Below, piece by piece: positions 1 to 8,650 of a stretch of 64,000 nt of DNA. Source of the DNA: an uncultured Desulfosarcina sp. (GTDB lineage: Bacteria > Desulfobacterota > Desulfobacteria > Desulfobacterales > Desulfosarcinaceae); the NCBI GenBank assembly GCA_963674945.2, contig CAXXWQ010000003.1, forward strand, positions 64,001 through 128,000, written 5' to 3'. Under the pieces are notes generated by a model. The model was not told where the DNA came from and did not search any database. It was given only the letters and a program-made list of their open reading frames with translations. Positions within the stretch are counted from its first letter, which is position 1. Each line of letters opens with the position of its first letter. A program made the translations under genes and the position numbers.

Positions 1-106
1 GGATAAATATCATTCGGTAGGGCAAAAGAGCATGAATCGCCTTTTGTACTGCAGGATGATGGATTTTCCGATAAATACGGTTGTAAAGCCAGACGATGGG
101 GTCCAT
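1..106 (-). CDS. 5' fragment of a gene running off the left edge (MDPIVWLYNRIYRKIHHPAVQKAIHALLPYRMIFI...), possibly the N-terminus of a PglF/CapD-type nucleotide-sugar dehydratase
   Basis: Manual translation: ATG at 106-104, open to the edge, GGAGA upstream, same strand as the operon. The product guess rests on context only (PglE/D/C/A-like genes upstream). Confidence 0.3.
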   Translation of the reverse strand, partial: MDPIVWLYNRIYRKIHHPAVQKAIHALLPYRMIFI

Positions 107-175
107 GAAAATTTTTTTCTCCGGCAATCAATTACCCGAAGGAATGTGACAGCAACGAACTATCCATTGCATCGA

Positions 176-1753
176 TCAGGAAGGAAAATAGGATTCCAAT
201 TCCTGGCTGGTAAAAACCACGAAATCGTCCAGAACGGCTCTGGCCTCTTCGACCGTCTCTTCTGGCGCGATGGACCGAACCAGGCGAACCAACGCCCCAT
301 CGGTCCGCCGCCGGAAGATTCCATCCCAGACCATGTAAAATTTGGCCATGTACTCGCTGGTGAAATTCCGACCTCTCCCCTGGTACCAGTAATAGACCAG
401 TTGGCGCTGATTCCCTTTGGAAATCACCAATTCATTCAATGCTATCTTTCCACCATAGATGGGTTTTCCTTTGTCGATGGCCACCTCTCTGACATGGCTT
501 TTCTCAATGAACCAGCCTGCGCCTGGAAGACAAAGCTTGGGAGAATGGACGAAGTCTCCGGCTTTTCTCTGGTATTCGTAGTAGGCGGTGTAAAAATTGA
601 CCGGTATGTCACCCGATTTCGCATAGTTCACCTGCACATAATCCTGACCGCCGACCCGCTCCCAGATCGTCGTTTCCATCTCGGCGGTTTTTCCCGTATA
701 TCCGTTGCATTGAAGCGGAAACGCATCCAGCTTCTTTTTTAGGGGTTTGGGCGGCACACTGCCAAGGTGAGCCACGACCACCGGGGTTATAAAGATCAGC
801 GATAGTGCCACCAGGATCGCCTGCCACTGAAATTGCCGCCTGCCGGTTGATATAGTCGGCGAAACGGCATCAGCGCGCGGATCCCTCGAGAGGGCACTTC
901 CTTTGCCTGGCAGGTAGCCAAGTCCCAGGTTCAACAGGGCGTAAAAACCAAAACAGATCATGAACACGACCCAACCGGAGAAATCATGAAAAAAACCTTG
1001 GGCGGCTTCTACACCCCAGTACATGGAGACAATACCGGTGCCGGCGATGCGGATGATGTTTGACGCGATGGCGATGGGAATGGAGGCGAGGATGAGAACG
1101 ATGCGCTTCCACCACGTTTTATCTTTGCTCCACCAAAAGGCGAACAATACACCCAAGGTAAACAGAGGAAGAATAAACCGAAGGCCGTTGCACGCCTCCA
1201 CTACCTGAAACTGGGAAAATCCCATATCGATCACGTTGCCTTCCCGATAGGCGGTGATTCCCAGCAGATGAAGGATTTTAACGGAACATGCCGAGGAGAG
1301 CAATTGGAGGGGAAAGGTGATATTGCGATAGATAAACCCTGGCAGTGGCAACATTAAAAACAAAAAGAGAAGTGGAAATCGGATTGCCTTGACAAGATCG
1401 TAACCGTAAAGCAACCAAATCGTGGAAATGAGCATCACAATCAGGGAAACCCGTGTCGTAAATAGCTCGGCCCCCAACTCGCCGACGATAAATAGTAAAA
1501 TTGCCGCCATCAGCACCGGAATGGCACGCCAGTCGGTACCCATAGGCATATCCGCCAATTGGTTGCGTTTTTCCCAGATCAGATAGAGGGAGATGGGGAC
1601 TACCAATAATCCATGGGAGAAGTCGTCGTTGTTCATCCACTGTCGCACCAATGTATGGATCGTATCCCAATAGGAAAAAACGATTGCCACAATGACAACG
1701 GCCAAGGGCACATACCAATGTTTACGATTCAACTTTACCATTAAAGCACTCAC
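176..1753 (-). CDS. xrtD: Exosortase with C-terminal EpsI domain, probably VPLPA-CTERM-specific (XrtD type)
   Basis: Multi-TM N-terminal half with FSHG, VVEACNGLR (catalytic Cys), NIIRI and FFHDFSGW motifs. EpsI-like C-domain (VHSPKLCLPGAGW, YYWYQGRGR, RRTDGALVR). Two VPxP[A/G]-CTERM substrates lie in the same locus. Confidence 0.9.
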   Translation of the reverse strand: MSALMVKLNRKHWYVPLAVVIVAIVFSYWDTIHTLVRQWMNNDDFSHGLLVVPISLYLIWEKRNQLADMPMGTDWRAIPVLMAAILLFIVGELGAELFTTRVSLIVMLISTIWLLYGYDLVKAIRFPLLFLFLMLPLPGFIYRNITFPLQLLSSACSVKILHLLGITAYREGNVIDMGFSQFQVVEACNGLRFILPLFTLGVLFAFWWSKDKTWWKRIVLILASIPIAIASNIIRIAGTGIVSMYWGVEAAQGFFHDFSGWVVFMICFGFYALLNLGLGYLPGKGSALSRDPRADAVSPTISTGRRQFQWQAILVALSLIFITPVVVAHLGSVPPKPLKKKLDAFPLQCNGYTGKTAEMETTIWERVGGQDYVQVNYAKSGDIPVNFYTAYYEYQRKAGDFVHSPKLCLPGAGWFIEKSHVREVAIDKGKPIYGGKIALNELVISKGNQRQLVYYWYQGRGRNFTSEYMAKFYMVWDGIFRRRTDGALVRLVRSIAPEETVEEARAVLDDFVVFTSQELESYFPS

Positions 1754-1767
1754 CTTCGATATTCATT

Positions 1768-3042
1768 TCATGAAGCGATTGCGTTTCTAAGATTCGGAGT
1801 GACGGATGCCCGGCAACAACTTCTGATGACGGAGACAATGCGGCGTAGATCATCGATTCCCATTGCGGTGCCCGACGGCAGGCATAAACCCTGATAAAAA
1901 AGATCTTCACTGACGGCTCCGCCAACCACACGGCATTCACATTGTCCCGAAAGGGGTATTTCCATTTCATCCACACCGACGACCGCCTTTTTCTGTTCGA
2001 TCCGATTTTTCTTCTCATCCTGATTTCCATCTCGGCCGATCACATGGAATACCGGCTGCAAATGCATGGGCTTCCACACCGGCCGGGATTCGATATTTTC
2101 CTCTTCCAACGCCATGCGGATATATTCCCGATCGACGCCGAATTGCTCCGGATCAATGGTGATGACCGTCAGCCAACGGTTGGATCGACCGTATGGCGCC
2201 TCTGGCATAAACGCGATGCCGGGCAAACCGGAAAGCTGCTGACGATAATATTCGAATATCTCACGTCGTCGTCTCACCCGACTGCGCAAGGTTTTCAGTT
2301 GTGCGACGCCGATAGCCGCCACGATGTTGCTCATGCGGTAATTGTACCCGATGGTCGAATGCTCATAGTGGGGCGCAGCATCCCTGGCTTGTTGAGACAA
2401 GAACCGGGCTTGCTCGATGAACGCCGCATCGTCCGAGGCCAGCATCCCGCCGCCCGAGGTGGTGATGATCTTGTTACCGTTGAAGGAATAGATAGCTGCC
2501 TTTGCCCCCACGCCTGAACTGCTGCCATTGTAAGTAGCACCCAGGGACTCGGCAGCATCCACCACGACCGGAACATCGTATTTTTCGCACACGGCGTAGA
2601 TGCGTTCATAATCGGCACATTGGCCGTAGAGGTCGGTGGGCACCACAGCCTTCGGCAGTTTCCCCCTGCGAGTGCGTCGCGCAAGTTCCGCTTCCAACAG
2701 CACCGGATCCATGTTCCAGGTGGCTGGATCGGCATCGATCAACACGGGCGTGGCTGCCTGGAAAAGGATGGGCGTAACGCTGCCGATAAAGGTCAGGGTC
2801 GAGGCAAACACCTCATCACCAGGCCCCACGCCCAAATTGCGTAGGGCCAGATGCATGGCTGCCGTTCCGGAGGACACGGCCACCACGTGAGGAATCCCGA
2901 CCGTATCGGCGAATGCTTTCTCGAAGGCATCCACCATGGGTCCCAAAGGGGCGATGTAGTTGCTCTCGAAGGCGGCCTTTACATACTCCAGCTCGGCTCC
3001 GCCCATATGAGGCGGGGACAGGAAAATGCGTTTACTATTCAT
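1768..3042 (-). CDS. DegT/DnrJ/EryC1/StrS-family PLP sugar aminotransferase (PglE/EpsN-like)
   Basis: IFLSPPHM, SSGTAAMHLAL, DAAESLG, SFNGNKIITTSGGG (PLP Lys), GYNYRMSN, GLCLPSG. Confidence 0.93.
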   Translation of the reverse strand: MNSKRIFLSPPHMGGAELEYVKAAFESNYIAPLGPMVDAFEKAFADTVGIPHVVAVSSGTAAMHLALRNLGVGPGDEVFASTLTFIGSVTPILFQAATPVLIDADPATWNMDPVLLEAELARRTRRGKLPKAVVPTDLYGQCADYERIYAVCEKYDVPVVVDAAESLGATYNGSSSGVGAKAAIYSFNGNKIITTSGGGMLASDDAAFIEQARFLSQQARDAAPHYEHSTIGYNYRMSNIVAAIGVAQLKTLRSRVRRRREIFEYYRQQLSGLPGIAFMPEAPYGRSNRWLTVITIDPEQFGVDREYIRMALEEENIESRPVWKPMHLQPVFHVIGRDGNQDEKKNRIEQKKAVVGVDEMEIPLSGQCECRVVGGAVSEDLFYQGLCLPSGTAMGIDDLRRIVSVIRSCCRASVTPNLRNAIAS

Positions 3043-3226
3043 AATTAGTTTGTGGATTGATTCTGGCTAAAAAGGTGGGCCAACCTCGTCAACTTTAGCT
3101 TAGCTGTTTTTATTTGCTAAGCAAACATAGAGGACGGATAATGAAACGGGTTGCTGGCCGGTAAAATTGCAGTTCCCGATGATATCATGGATGAAGATAT
3201 TGTGATAAATTCGATGTTCTATCTCC

Positions 3227-3297
3227 CACTGATTACTCATCACCGATTACCGATCACTGGATTTTATCCCTTAGCGCCTTCGCGTCTTTGCGTGAGA
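3227..3297. repeat. Composite short-tandem-repeat element: 7-mers (cactgat/tactcat/caccgat/taccgat/cactgg) plus an 8-mer block cccttagcgccttcgcgtctttgcgtgaga
   Basis: Read directly. The 30-bp block at 3268-3297 recurs at 5441-5470 with 2 mismatches. The 7-mer block recurs near 5568-5593 and 6581-6600. Confidence 0.85.
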
Positions 3298-3369
3298 CCT
3301 GTTTCCTTAATCGTCCCAGCGAAGTGTTCGTCCGTCTTTCCCCCTCCCCTCTCTACCACCCACAAAACC

Positions 3370-3409
3370 TTGACAGACTCAGGAAAAGGTAATATTTGAT
3401 AAACAAATA
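3370..3409 (+). promoter_or_regulatory. Putative sigma70 promoter and antitoxin operator of the first TA module
   Basis: TTGACA at 3370-3375, 17-nt spacer, weak -10 (TATTTG) overlapped by the inverted repeat TATTTG-N5-CAAATA (3393-3409), about 25 nt before the antitoxin ATG. Confidence 0.45.
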
Positions 3410-3433
3410 CAACAAATATATTTAGGGGGAGAT

Positions 3434-3658
3434 ATGGCGCAATTACACTGTTATGTACCTGATGAAATAGCGGATCGGTTTAAACAAAAAGCAAAGAAAG
3501 CCAATCTTTCTACTTCAAAGTACCTGGCATTGCTTATAAAAAAAGAAACCGCCGGTGATTGGCCGGATGATTTTTTTGATCTGGCCGGATCATGGCAGGG
3601 GGAACCCATCGCCCGTCCCCGACAATTGAATCTCGAAAAACGAATGGGTATTAAATAG
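3434..3658 (+). CDS. Ribbon-helix-helix-type antitoxin (VapB-like)
   Basis: 74 aa with RHH-like N-terminus (MAQLHCYVPDE...NLSTSKYLA) and WPDDFFDLAGSW tail. Directly upstream of a PIN toxin, with a GGGGAG SD. Confidence 0.8.
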   Translation: MAQLHCYVPDEIADRFKQKAKKANLSTSKYLALLIKKETAGDWPDDFFDLAGSWQGEPIARPRQLNLEKRMGIK

Positions 3659-3659
3659 A

Positions 3660-4061
3660 ATGCACCTTCTGGATACCAATGTTTGCATCCACTTTCTCAA
3701 TGGATCTTCACAATCCGTTATACAGCATTTTCGGTCTCGTTCCCCATCTGAGATTGCCGTTTGCAGCATTGTAAAAGCAGAACTGCTTTTCGGTGCCAGG
3801 AACAGCCAGCGGGTGGATGCCAACCTTCAAATTCTTAAACAGTTTTTTTCCCCTCTGCAGAGCCTTCCTTTCGATGACCGTTGTGCGGATGAATATGGAC
3901 TTATTCGGGCCGATCTGACCGCCCAAGGCAAATTAATCGGCCCCAACGACATGCTCATCGCCGCAGTTGCCCGGGCATTTGATGCAGTGCTGGTGACTCA
4001 CAATACTGCAGAGTTTGGCAGAATATCCGGTCTAAGACTTGATGACTGGGAGACGAGTTGA
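3660..4061 (+). CDS. vapC: VapC-family PIN-domain toxin
   Basis: LLDTNVCI, IVKAELLFGA, IGPNDMLIAA, LVTHNTAEF, LDDW. Confidence 0.93.
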   Translation: MHLLDTNVCIHFLNGSSQSVIQHFRSRSPSEIAVCSIVKAELLFGARNSQRVDANLQILKQFFSPLQSLPFDDRCADEYGLIRADLTAQGKLIGPNDMLIAAVARAFDAVLVTHNTAEFGRISGLRLDDWETS

Positions 4062-4069
4062 TCCACAGA

Positions 4070-4792
4070 TCAGTGATATTGAACATCGAAAAGTAAGTGT
4101 TCCCGCAGCCACCCGGACCAACCGGATGACCGTACCTCCGCCCTCGCTACAGATACCCCGGAAGAGTACAACCCGCATTCGACGAGGCTTCCCCACAATT
4201 GCACCATCTCATTGTAGGCCATTTTCATGCTATCGATTCTATCCCTCCCGTGTCGGGGGAATGAGTATCGCGTTTCCACCTTGTGAATACCGATTCGGCA
4301 TCCTGCAAGAAGGGTCGTCATTTTCAGCAAAAGATAAGAGCGGGCCATGTGATAGTCGGACGTGACCAATAAAACGGATTTGAGTTCATGTGAATCGATC
4401 AATCTCGCCGTGAAAAGCGCGTTCATGAATGTGGTATCCGCTTTCTCCTCCAGAATATATTCTGCGTTTCCAGGCTGCCCATATCGACGTGAGTAATATC
4501 TTAGCTGTCGAGGCGTCGCCGGGCTGACGATCAGCTTGGGAGCGGCGCCTTGTTGGGCAAGTTGATAGCCACGTTTGATACGGCCGCTGCTGCCTGCGAA
4601 AACCACGATGGCGTCGTGATCCCCATAATTCACTGGCTGAGAGTAGATCCAAAGGAAAAACAGCAGTTGGAACACAACAGATGCAATGATTAAAAAAACG
4701 GCTCCAAATAAAACCTTTGAAAATAACCGCAAGACAGGAAAACTATGCCCCGGATTTAATGATTTTTGCAGGTACACCCGCGGCCGTAACAT
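4070..4792 (-). CDS. YdcF/ElyC (DUF218) family membrane-anchored protein; start uncertain
   Basis: N-terminal TM, DAIVVFAG, EEKADTTFMNA and LLVTSDYHMARS motifs. Start trimmed from 4831 to reduce overlap with the upstream gene. Confidence 0.8.
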   Translation of the reverse strand: MLRPRVYLQKSLNPGHSFPVLRLFSKVLFGAVFLIIASVVFQLLFFLWIYSQPVNYGDHDAIVVFAGSSGRIKRGYQLAQQGAAPKLIVSPATPRQLRYYSRRYGQPGNAEYILEEKADTTFMNALFTARLIDSHELKSVLLVTSDYHMARSYLLLKMTTLLAGCRIGIHKVETRYSFPRHGRDRIDSMKMAYNEMVQLWGSLVECGLYSSGVSVARAEVRSSGWSGWLREHLLFDVQYH

Positions 4793-5396
4793 CCGATGGA
4801 AGATCATTAATGACGACCGCGCCCGCACCAATCGTCGTATGATCTCCGATCGTACAACGATTGATCACTTTGGCGCCCGTCCCCCAAAAAGAGGCCGTTC
4901 CGATTATAACCTCTCCTGAAATATTGCACGTGGGCATGAAAGAGCAGAAATCTCCTATTTCTGTCTCATGGCCTACGGTACAGGCCAGATTGATAATAAC
5001 GAATCTTCCGATGTGAATGTTGGTGGTGATAATTGAACCGGCACAAACGATGCTGCCATGCCCGATATCCACATATTTTGGGAACCCCATGACTGCCGAT
5101 GGATGAACCAACGTCGGAAACCAAAGTTTCGAATTGTCGATTTTATTCACGATAGCCTGCTTGGTTTTGGGAATTCCCAATGCAAACGCCACTGCCAAAG
5201 GACGCGACCATGCATTGAGGTCGTTCACACCCCCTAAAACCTGCCATTCATTCACGGTTTTTCCTGCGGGGACACCATCGTCGAAGAAGCCGATCAGATT
5301 CCACTCGTGCTTATCCATATTGATTTGCTCGATCAACATGGCAACCTCGAGCCCAAACCCACCGGCACCGAATATTGCGATATCTTTCCTTGGCAT
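4743..5396 (-). CDS. NeuD/PglD-family sugar acetyltransferase (left-handed beta helix)
   Basis: IFGAGGFGLEV, FFDD, LVHPSA, hexapeptide repeats, VGHE, IGAGAVV, GVPAK. Confidence 0.9.
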   Translation of the reverse strand: MPRKDIAIFGAGGFGLEVAMLIEQINMDKHEWNLIGFFDDGVPAGKTVNEWQVLGGVNDLNAWSRPLAVAFALGIPKTKQAIVNKIDNSKLWFPTLVHPSAVMGFPKYVDIGHGSIVCAGSIITTNIHIGRFVIINLACTVGHETEIGDFCSFMPTCNISGEVIIGTASFWGTGAKVINRCTIGDHTTIGAGAVVINDLPSDVTAAGVPAKIIKSGA

Positions 5397-5440
5397 GCGA
5401 ATTATCAATCCTTTGTCCGCCCTAGCTGATGTCGATATTA

Positions 5441-5593
5441 CCCTTTGCGCCTTCGTGTCTTTGCGTGAGATCCTTATTTCATCCGCAGTTTACACAGATT
5501 TACACAGATCTTTCAGGGCTACGCTCTCATGCCTCTTCTCTCCCTGCTCACTGCTCTCCCGCTCTTATCACCGATCACTGCACACTGGATTTT
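5441..5593. repeat. Composite short-tandem-repeat element: 8-mer block, 9-mer atccgcagtttacacagatttacacagat, pyrimidine-rich 7-mers, caccgat/cactg 7-mers
   Basis: Read directly. Shares blocks with 3227-3297 and 6528-6688 and lies immediately upstream of the second TA module. Confidence 0.85.
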
Positions 5594-5668
5594 GCTCAAA
5601 CTTCCGTAAACATTTAGAATTAAAGCCTAAATGGCAAAAGCCCTTTTCAGTAGCTACGTCAAAAAAGT

Positions 5669-5705
5669 TTGACAATAATACCATTTCGTTTTACGTTTTG
5701 TAAAA
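5669..5705 (+). promoter_or_regulatory. Putative sigma70 promoter and operator of the second TA module
   Basis: TTGACA (5669-5674)-N17-TACGTT (5692-5697), with the inverted repeat TTTTAC-N5-GTAAAA (5689-5705) over the -10. Confidence 0.55.
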
Positions 5706-5733
5706 AGGTCCAACAAAAAAGGAATTGCAGACC

Positions 5734-5964
5734 ATGGAAACATTAAAAGTGTCAGCAAAAGGGCAGGTCGTTTTGCCAGCACGTATTCGAAAAAAGTACG
5801 GGATACACCCTGGCGGAAGCATTCAGATGTTCGAATACGACAACCTGATTTATCTTGTTCCCCCTCCCGAGGATCCAGTAAAGGCAGCAAAGGGCTGCTT
5901 ACCTTCAAAGCCGTCCTTGTCGAAACAGCTTCTCGAAGAGAGGCAGCGGGATTCCAGGAAATGA
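5734..5964 (+). CDS. AbrB/MazE/SpoVT-family antitoxin
   Basis: KVSAKGQVVLPARIRKKYGIHPG motif. ATG at 5734 after AAGGAA; the stop overlaps the toxin ATG (ATGA). Confidence 0.9.
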   Translation: METLKVSAKGQVVLPARIRKKYGIHPGGSIQMFEYDNLIYLVPPPEDPVKAAKGCLPSKPSLSKQLLEERQRDSRK

Positions 5965-6365
5965 GCCCACCTTATATCTTTGACAGTCACGCTCTTCTGG
6001 CCTTTTTCCAAAACGAGGACGGGGCAGATGTTGTAGGTGATATTCTGACGAAAGCCATCAAACAACATATTGAACGCTTCCTCTGCATTATCAATCTCGG
6101 CGAAATCATCTACATGACGAAAAGGCGGTTTGGTGACGCAAAAAAGATTGAGGTATTGCAGCGTATCCATACTCTTGGTTTCAGCTTGATTTCCGTTTCA
6201 GATGACCTGGTATACAACGCTGCAGAGATAAAGGCAGAATATTCGATTTCCTATGCCGATTGTTTTATGGTAGCGTGCGCGATAACACATTCAGCCACGA
6301 TTGTTACAGGAGACCCGGAATTCAAAAAAGTAACGGATATCATCGCGGTGAAATGGATACGCTGA
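5961..6365 (+). CDS. vapC: VapC-family PIN-domain toxin
   Basis: YIFDSHALLAFF, INLGEIIY, SISYADCF, IVTGDPEF. Confidence 0.92.
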   Translation: MSPPYIFDSHALLAFFQNEDGADVVGDILTKAIKQHIERFLCIINLGEIIYMTKRRFGDAKKIEVLQRIHTLGFSLISVSDDLVYNAAEIKAEYSISYADCFMVACAITHSATIVTGDPEFKKVTDIIAVKWIR

Positions 6366-6485
6366 TCCCGTGCCCAATTTCCGCTTTAATCCAGTCTTGT
6401 TCATTGAAAAACATACCAACAATAACGAGGGTATCGATAATAGTTAATGGACGAAGAATGCGTGATCGATCACCTCGCAAAAACT

Positions 6486-6520
6486 TGTGAAAATTCGAAA
6501 TCCGATGTCGAATTTTCACA
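6486..6520. terminator. Perfect 13-bp inverted repeat between convergent genes; possible terminator or operator
   Basis: tgtgaaaattcga-N9-tcgaattttcaca, with no clear U-tract. Confidence 0.4.
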
Positions 6521-6527
6521 GATTCTT

Positions 6528-6688
6528 GCTTCCCAATGCACTCCCCGCTCTCTGCTTCCCGGTCACCAGTTACTATCGCTTACTGATCACCGATCACTGG
6601 GTTATACGCTCTATCGGTTTTTGAATCTGCGCAAACCTGCGTAAACTTGTCTGGACGTAGCTTTATGCGAAGACTGATCTGCGGATTA
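6528..6688. repeat. Composite short-tandem-repeat element overlapping the 3' end of the sugar transferase gene
   Basis: Pyrimidine-rich 7-mers, tactgat-caccgat-cactgg (6581-6600), and 9-mers aatctgcgc/aaacctgcg...gatctgcggatt (reverse of the 5481-5509 block) interrupted by the small palindrome gtct...cgtagctttatgcgaagac. Confidence 0.75.
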
Positions 6689-7284
6689 AACTCCGGCATC
6701 GTCGCCTCCCCTTCCGCCGATATCCCCTCTCGTCGAAACACTTTCAAAACGGTCATTCCAATGATCTTCAGATCCAGCCAGATTGATTGATTGTCCACAT
6801 ACCAGACATCCAGTTTGAACTTCTCTTCCCAACCAATGGCATTCCTGCCGTTGATTTGCGCCCAGCCGGTAAGCCCCGGTTTCACTTCATGCCGCCTGGC
6901 CTGCTCCGGCGTATAGCGATCCAGGTACTGCGTCAACAACGGCCGGGGTCCCACAATACTCATGTCGCCTTTTATGATGTTGATCAGTTCGGGCAGTTCA
7001 TCCAGAGATGTCGATCTAAGAAACCGTCCCAAGGGTGTCAGACGGTCGGCGTCAGGCAGCAAAATTCCGTCGGCATCCCGGGCATCGATCATGGTACGGA
7101 ATTTATACAGAATAAACGGCCTTCCGCCCATCCCCGGCCGGGTCTGGGTAAAAAGGATCGGTCGGCCGACACGCATGCGGATTCCAACCGCGATGCACAG
7201 CAATAGTGGCGAAAGCGACAAAAAAGCAGTCGCCGCCAGAATCAGATCCATCAATCGTTTCATATCGAACCGTATTTTAATCAA
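6580..7284 (-). CDS. PglC/WbaP-type initiating phosphoglycosyltransferase (Bac_transf); likely start at MKRLMD
   Basis: KRLMD, single TM, KFRTM, LRSTSLDELPEL, GDMSIVGPRP, KPGLTGWAQ, DVWYV. Confidence 0.93.
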   Translation of the reverse strand: MIKIRFDMKRLMDLILAATAFLSLSPLLLCIAVGIRMRVGRPILFTQTRPGMGGRPFILYKFRTMIDARDADGILLPDADRLTPLGRFLRSTSLDELPELINIIKGDMSIVGPRPLLTQYLDRYTPEQARRHEVKPGLTGWAQINGRNAIGWEEKFKLDVWYVDNQSIWLDLKIIGMTVLKVFRREGISAEGEATMPEFNPQISLRIKLRPDKFTQVCADSKTDRAYNPVIGDQ

Positions 7285-7288
7285 TCAC

Positions 7289-8413
7289 TTAATTGTTTTG
7301 CGACAAACCCAGTTCTCTGAGCATGATATCGTTTATTGTATTCACATCAAATAATTCTTGAGCCATCAAACGACTCTCCTGGCCCATGGCCATGACCATT
7401 TGTGGATGCGTTATTAAATATTGCATCGCCTCTGCAAGGGCGTTTACATTTTTTAACGGAACCAGTAACCCATTGCGACCATGTGTAACTGTTTGACGGC
7501 AGCCGGGCGTATCCGTTGTTATGATAGCGCGCCCCATAGCCATGGCCTCAAGCACTGTCCGGGGCGTGCCCTCTCGATAAGAGGGCAGTGCATAAACGCT
7601 ACAAGCCTTTATGGCAGGACGGACATCATCCAGTTTGCCGAGATACTCAATGACACCCTCATTCCTCCATGTATCCAATTCACAATTCGATATAGCACCA
7701 GGTACAACATCTATCCATCCGGCTAAATAAAAAAGGGTATCGGGGTACTGCTTCTTAACTATCCTGGCAGCCTGGACATACTCATGAATCCCCTTTTCTT
7801 TTATCAGCCGTGCAATTAGCAAAAACGCGGGTCGCGCTGGATGGGGCGCCGCTTGAAAATGAGATAGATCGACTCCGGAACCGTTTATTAAGATAGGCTT
7901 GCTGAAATCGCCTATTAGAGATAATTTCTTAAAGAGCCTCAGGTCATCCAGGTTCTGAAAAAAAACTATACGTGCATGACGCAATGCAACCCGGTATAAT
8001 CCTTTGGCGAATACATTCAGCAGCTTCTGCTTGAACGATTCGCTCATGAAGGTATAGCCAAGGCCCGTAATCATGGCATTACGTGAAGGGACTTCAGCTA
8101 TCCAGGCGGCAATAGATCCGTAAACGACTGGTTTGATGGTGTACGTGAGGATGATGTCCGGCCGTATCTGACGTAACAGCATAACCAACCCGAACATGCA
8201 AAGCAAATCCCTAATCGGATTCAATCCGGTACGATGCAAATCAACGCGTCGGAAGTGTACCCCCCATAAGGCCAGTTGCTGCTTGACATCGTCATCCGAC
8301 TCTGGCGCGCAGGCAAAAACTTCGTGGCCATGATGACGCATGGCGCGAAGCAGTGGCCCCCTAAAATTGATCAGGCTCTGTGCATAACTCCCAATTATCA
8401 AAATGCGTGACAT
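7289..8413 (-). CDS. GT4 glycosyltransferase (PglA/CapM-like)
   Basis: NFRGPL, YTIKPVVYG, ITGLG, FQNLDD, GSGVD, LPSYREGTPRTVLEAMA. Confidence 0.92.
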   Translation of the reverse strand: MSRILIIGSYAQSLINFRGPLLRAMRHHGHEVFACAPESDDDVKQQLALWGVHFRRVDLHRTGLNPIRDLLCMFGLVMLLRQIRPDIILTYTIKPVVYGSIAAWIAEVPSRNAMITGLGYTFMSESFKQKLLNVFAKGLYRVALRHARIVFFQNLDDLRLFKKLSLIGDFSKPILINGSGVDLSHFQAAPHPARPAFLLIARLIKEKGIHEYVQAARIVKKQYPDTLFYLAGWIDVVPGAISNCELDTWRNEGVIEYLGKLDDVRPAIKACSVYALPSYREGTPRTVLEAMAMGRAIITTDTPGCRQTVTHGRNGLLVPLKNVNALAEAMQYLITHPQMVMAMGQESRLMAQELFDVNTINDIMLRELGLSQNN

Positions 8414-8650
8414 TATCGATTTATTCGTTAGAAAGGAGTGAAGATAAACGATGGTTTATAATTCTCTGAAGTGGAATCTTCTTTGAAGAGGACAATATTT
8501 ATTGCGCAAAAACAAAGCAATTTCAATCAAACGCTACTCTTCTATAATCATTCATATCAGCACTGCCACCAAAATAGTTGAGGTCATTTCATTAATGCAA
8601 CTCCTATATTTCAGGATCTGAATTCATAAAAAAACCCATTACATAACGCT

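Noticed and set aside
32..742. 236-aa ORF on the + strand
   Set aside because: Antisense to the exosortase EpsI domain, with no motifs.
3100..6700. Insertion sequence or transposon carrying the TA modules
   Set aside because: No transposase, terminal inverted repeats or target-site duplication identified.
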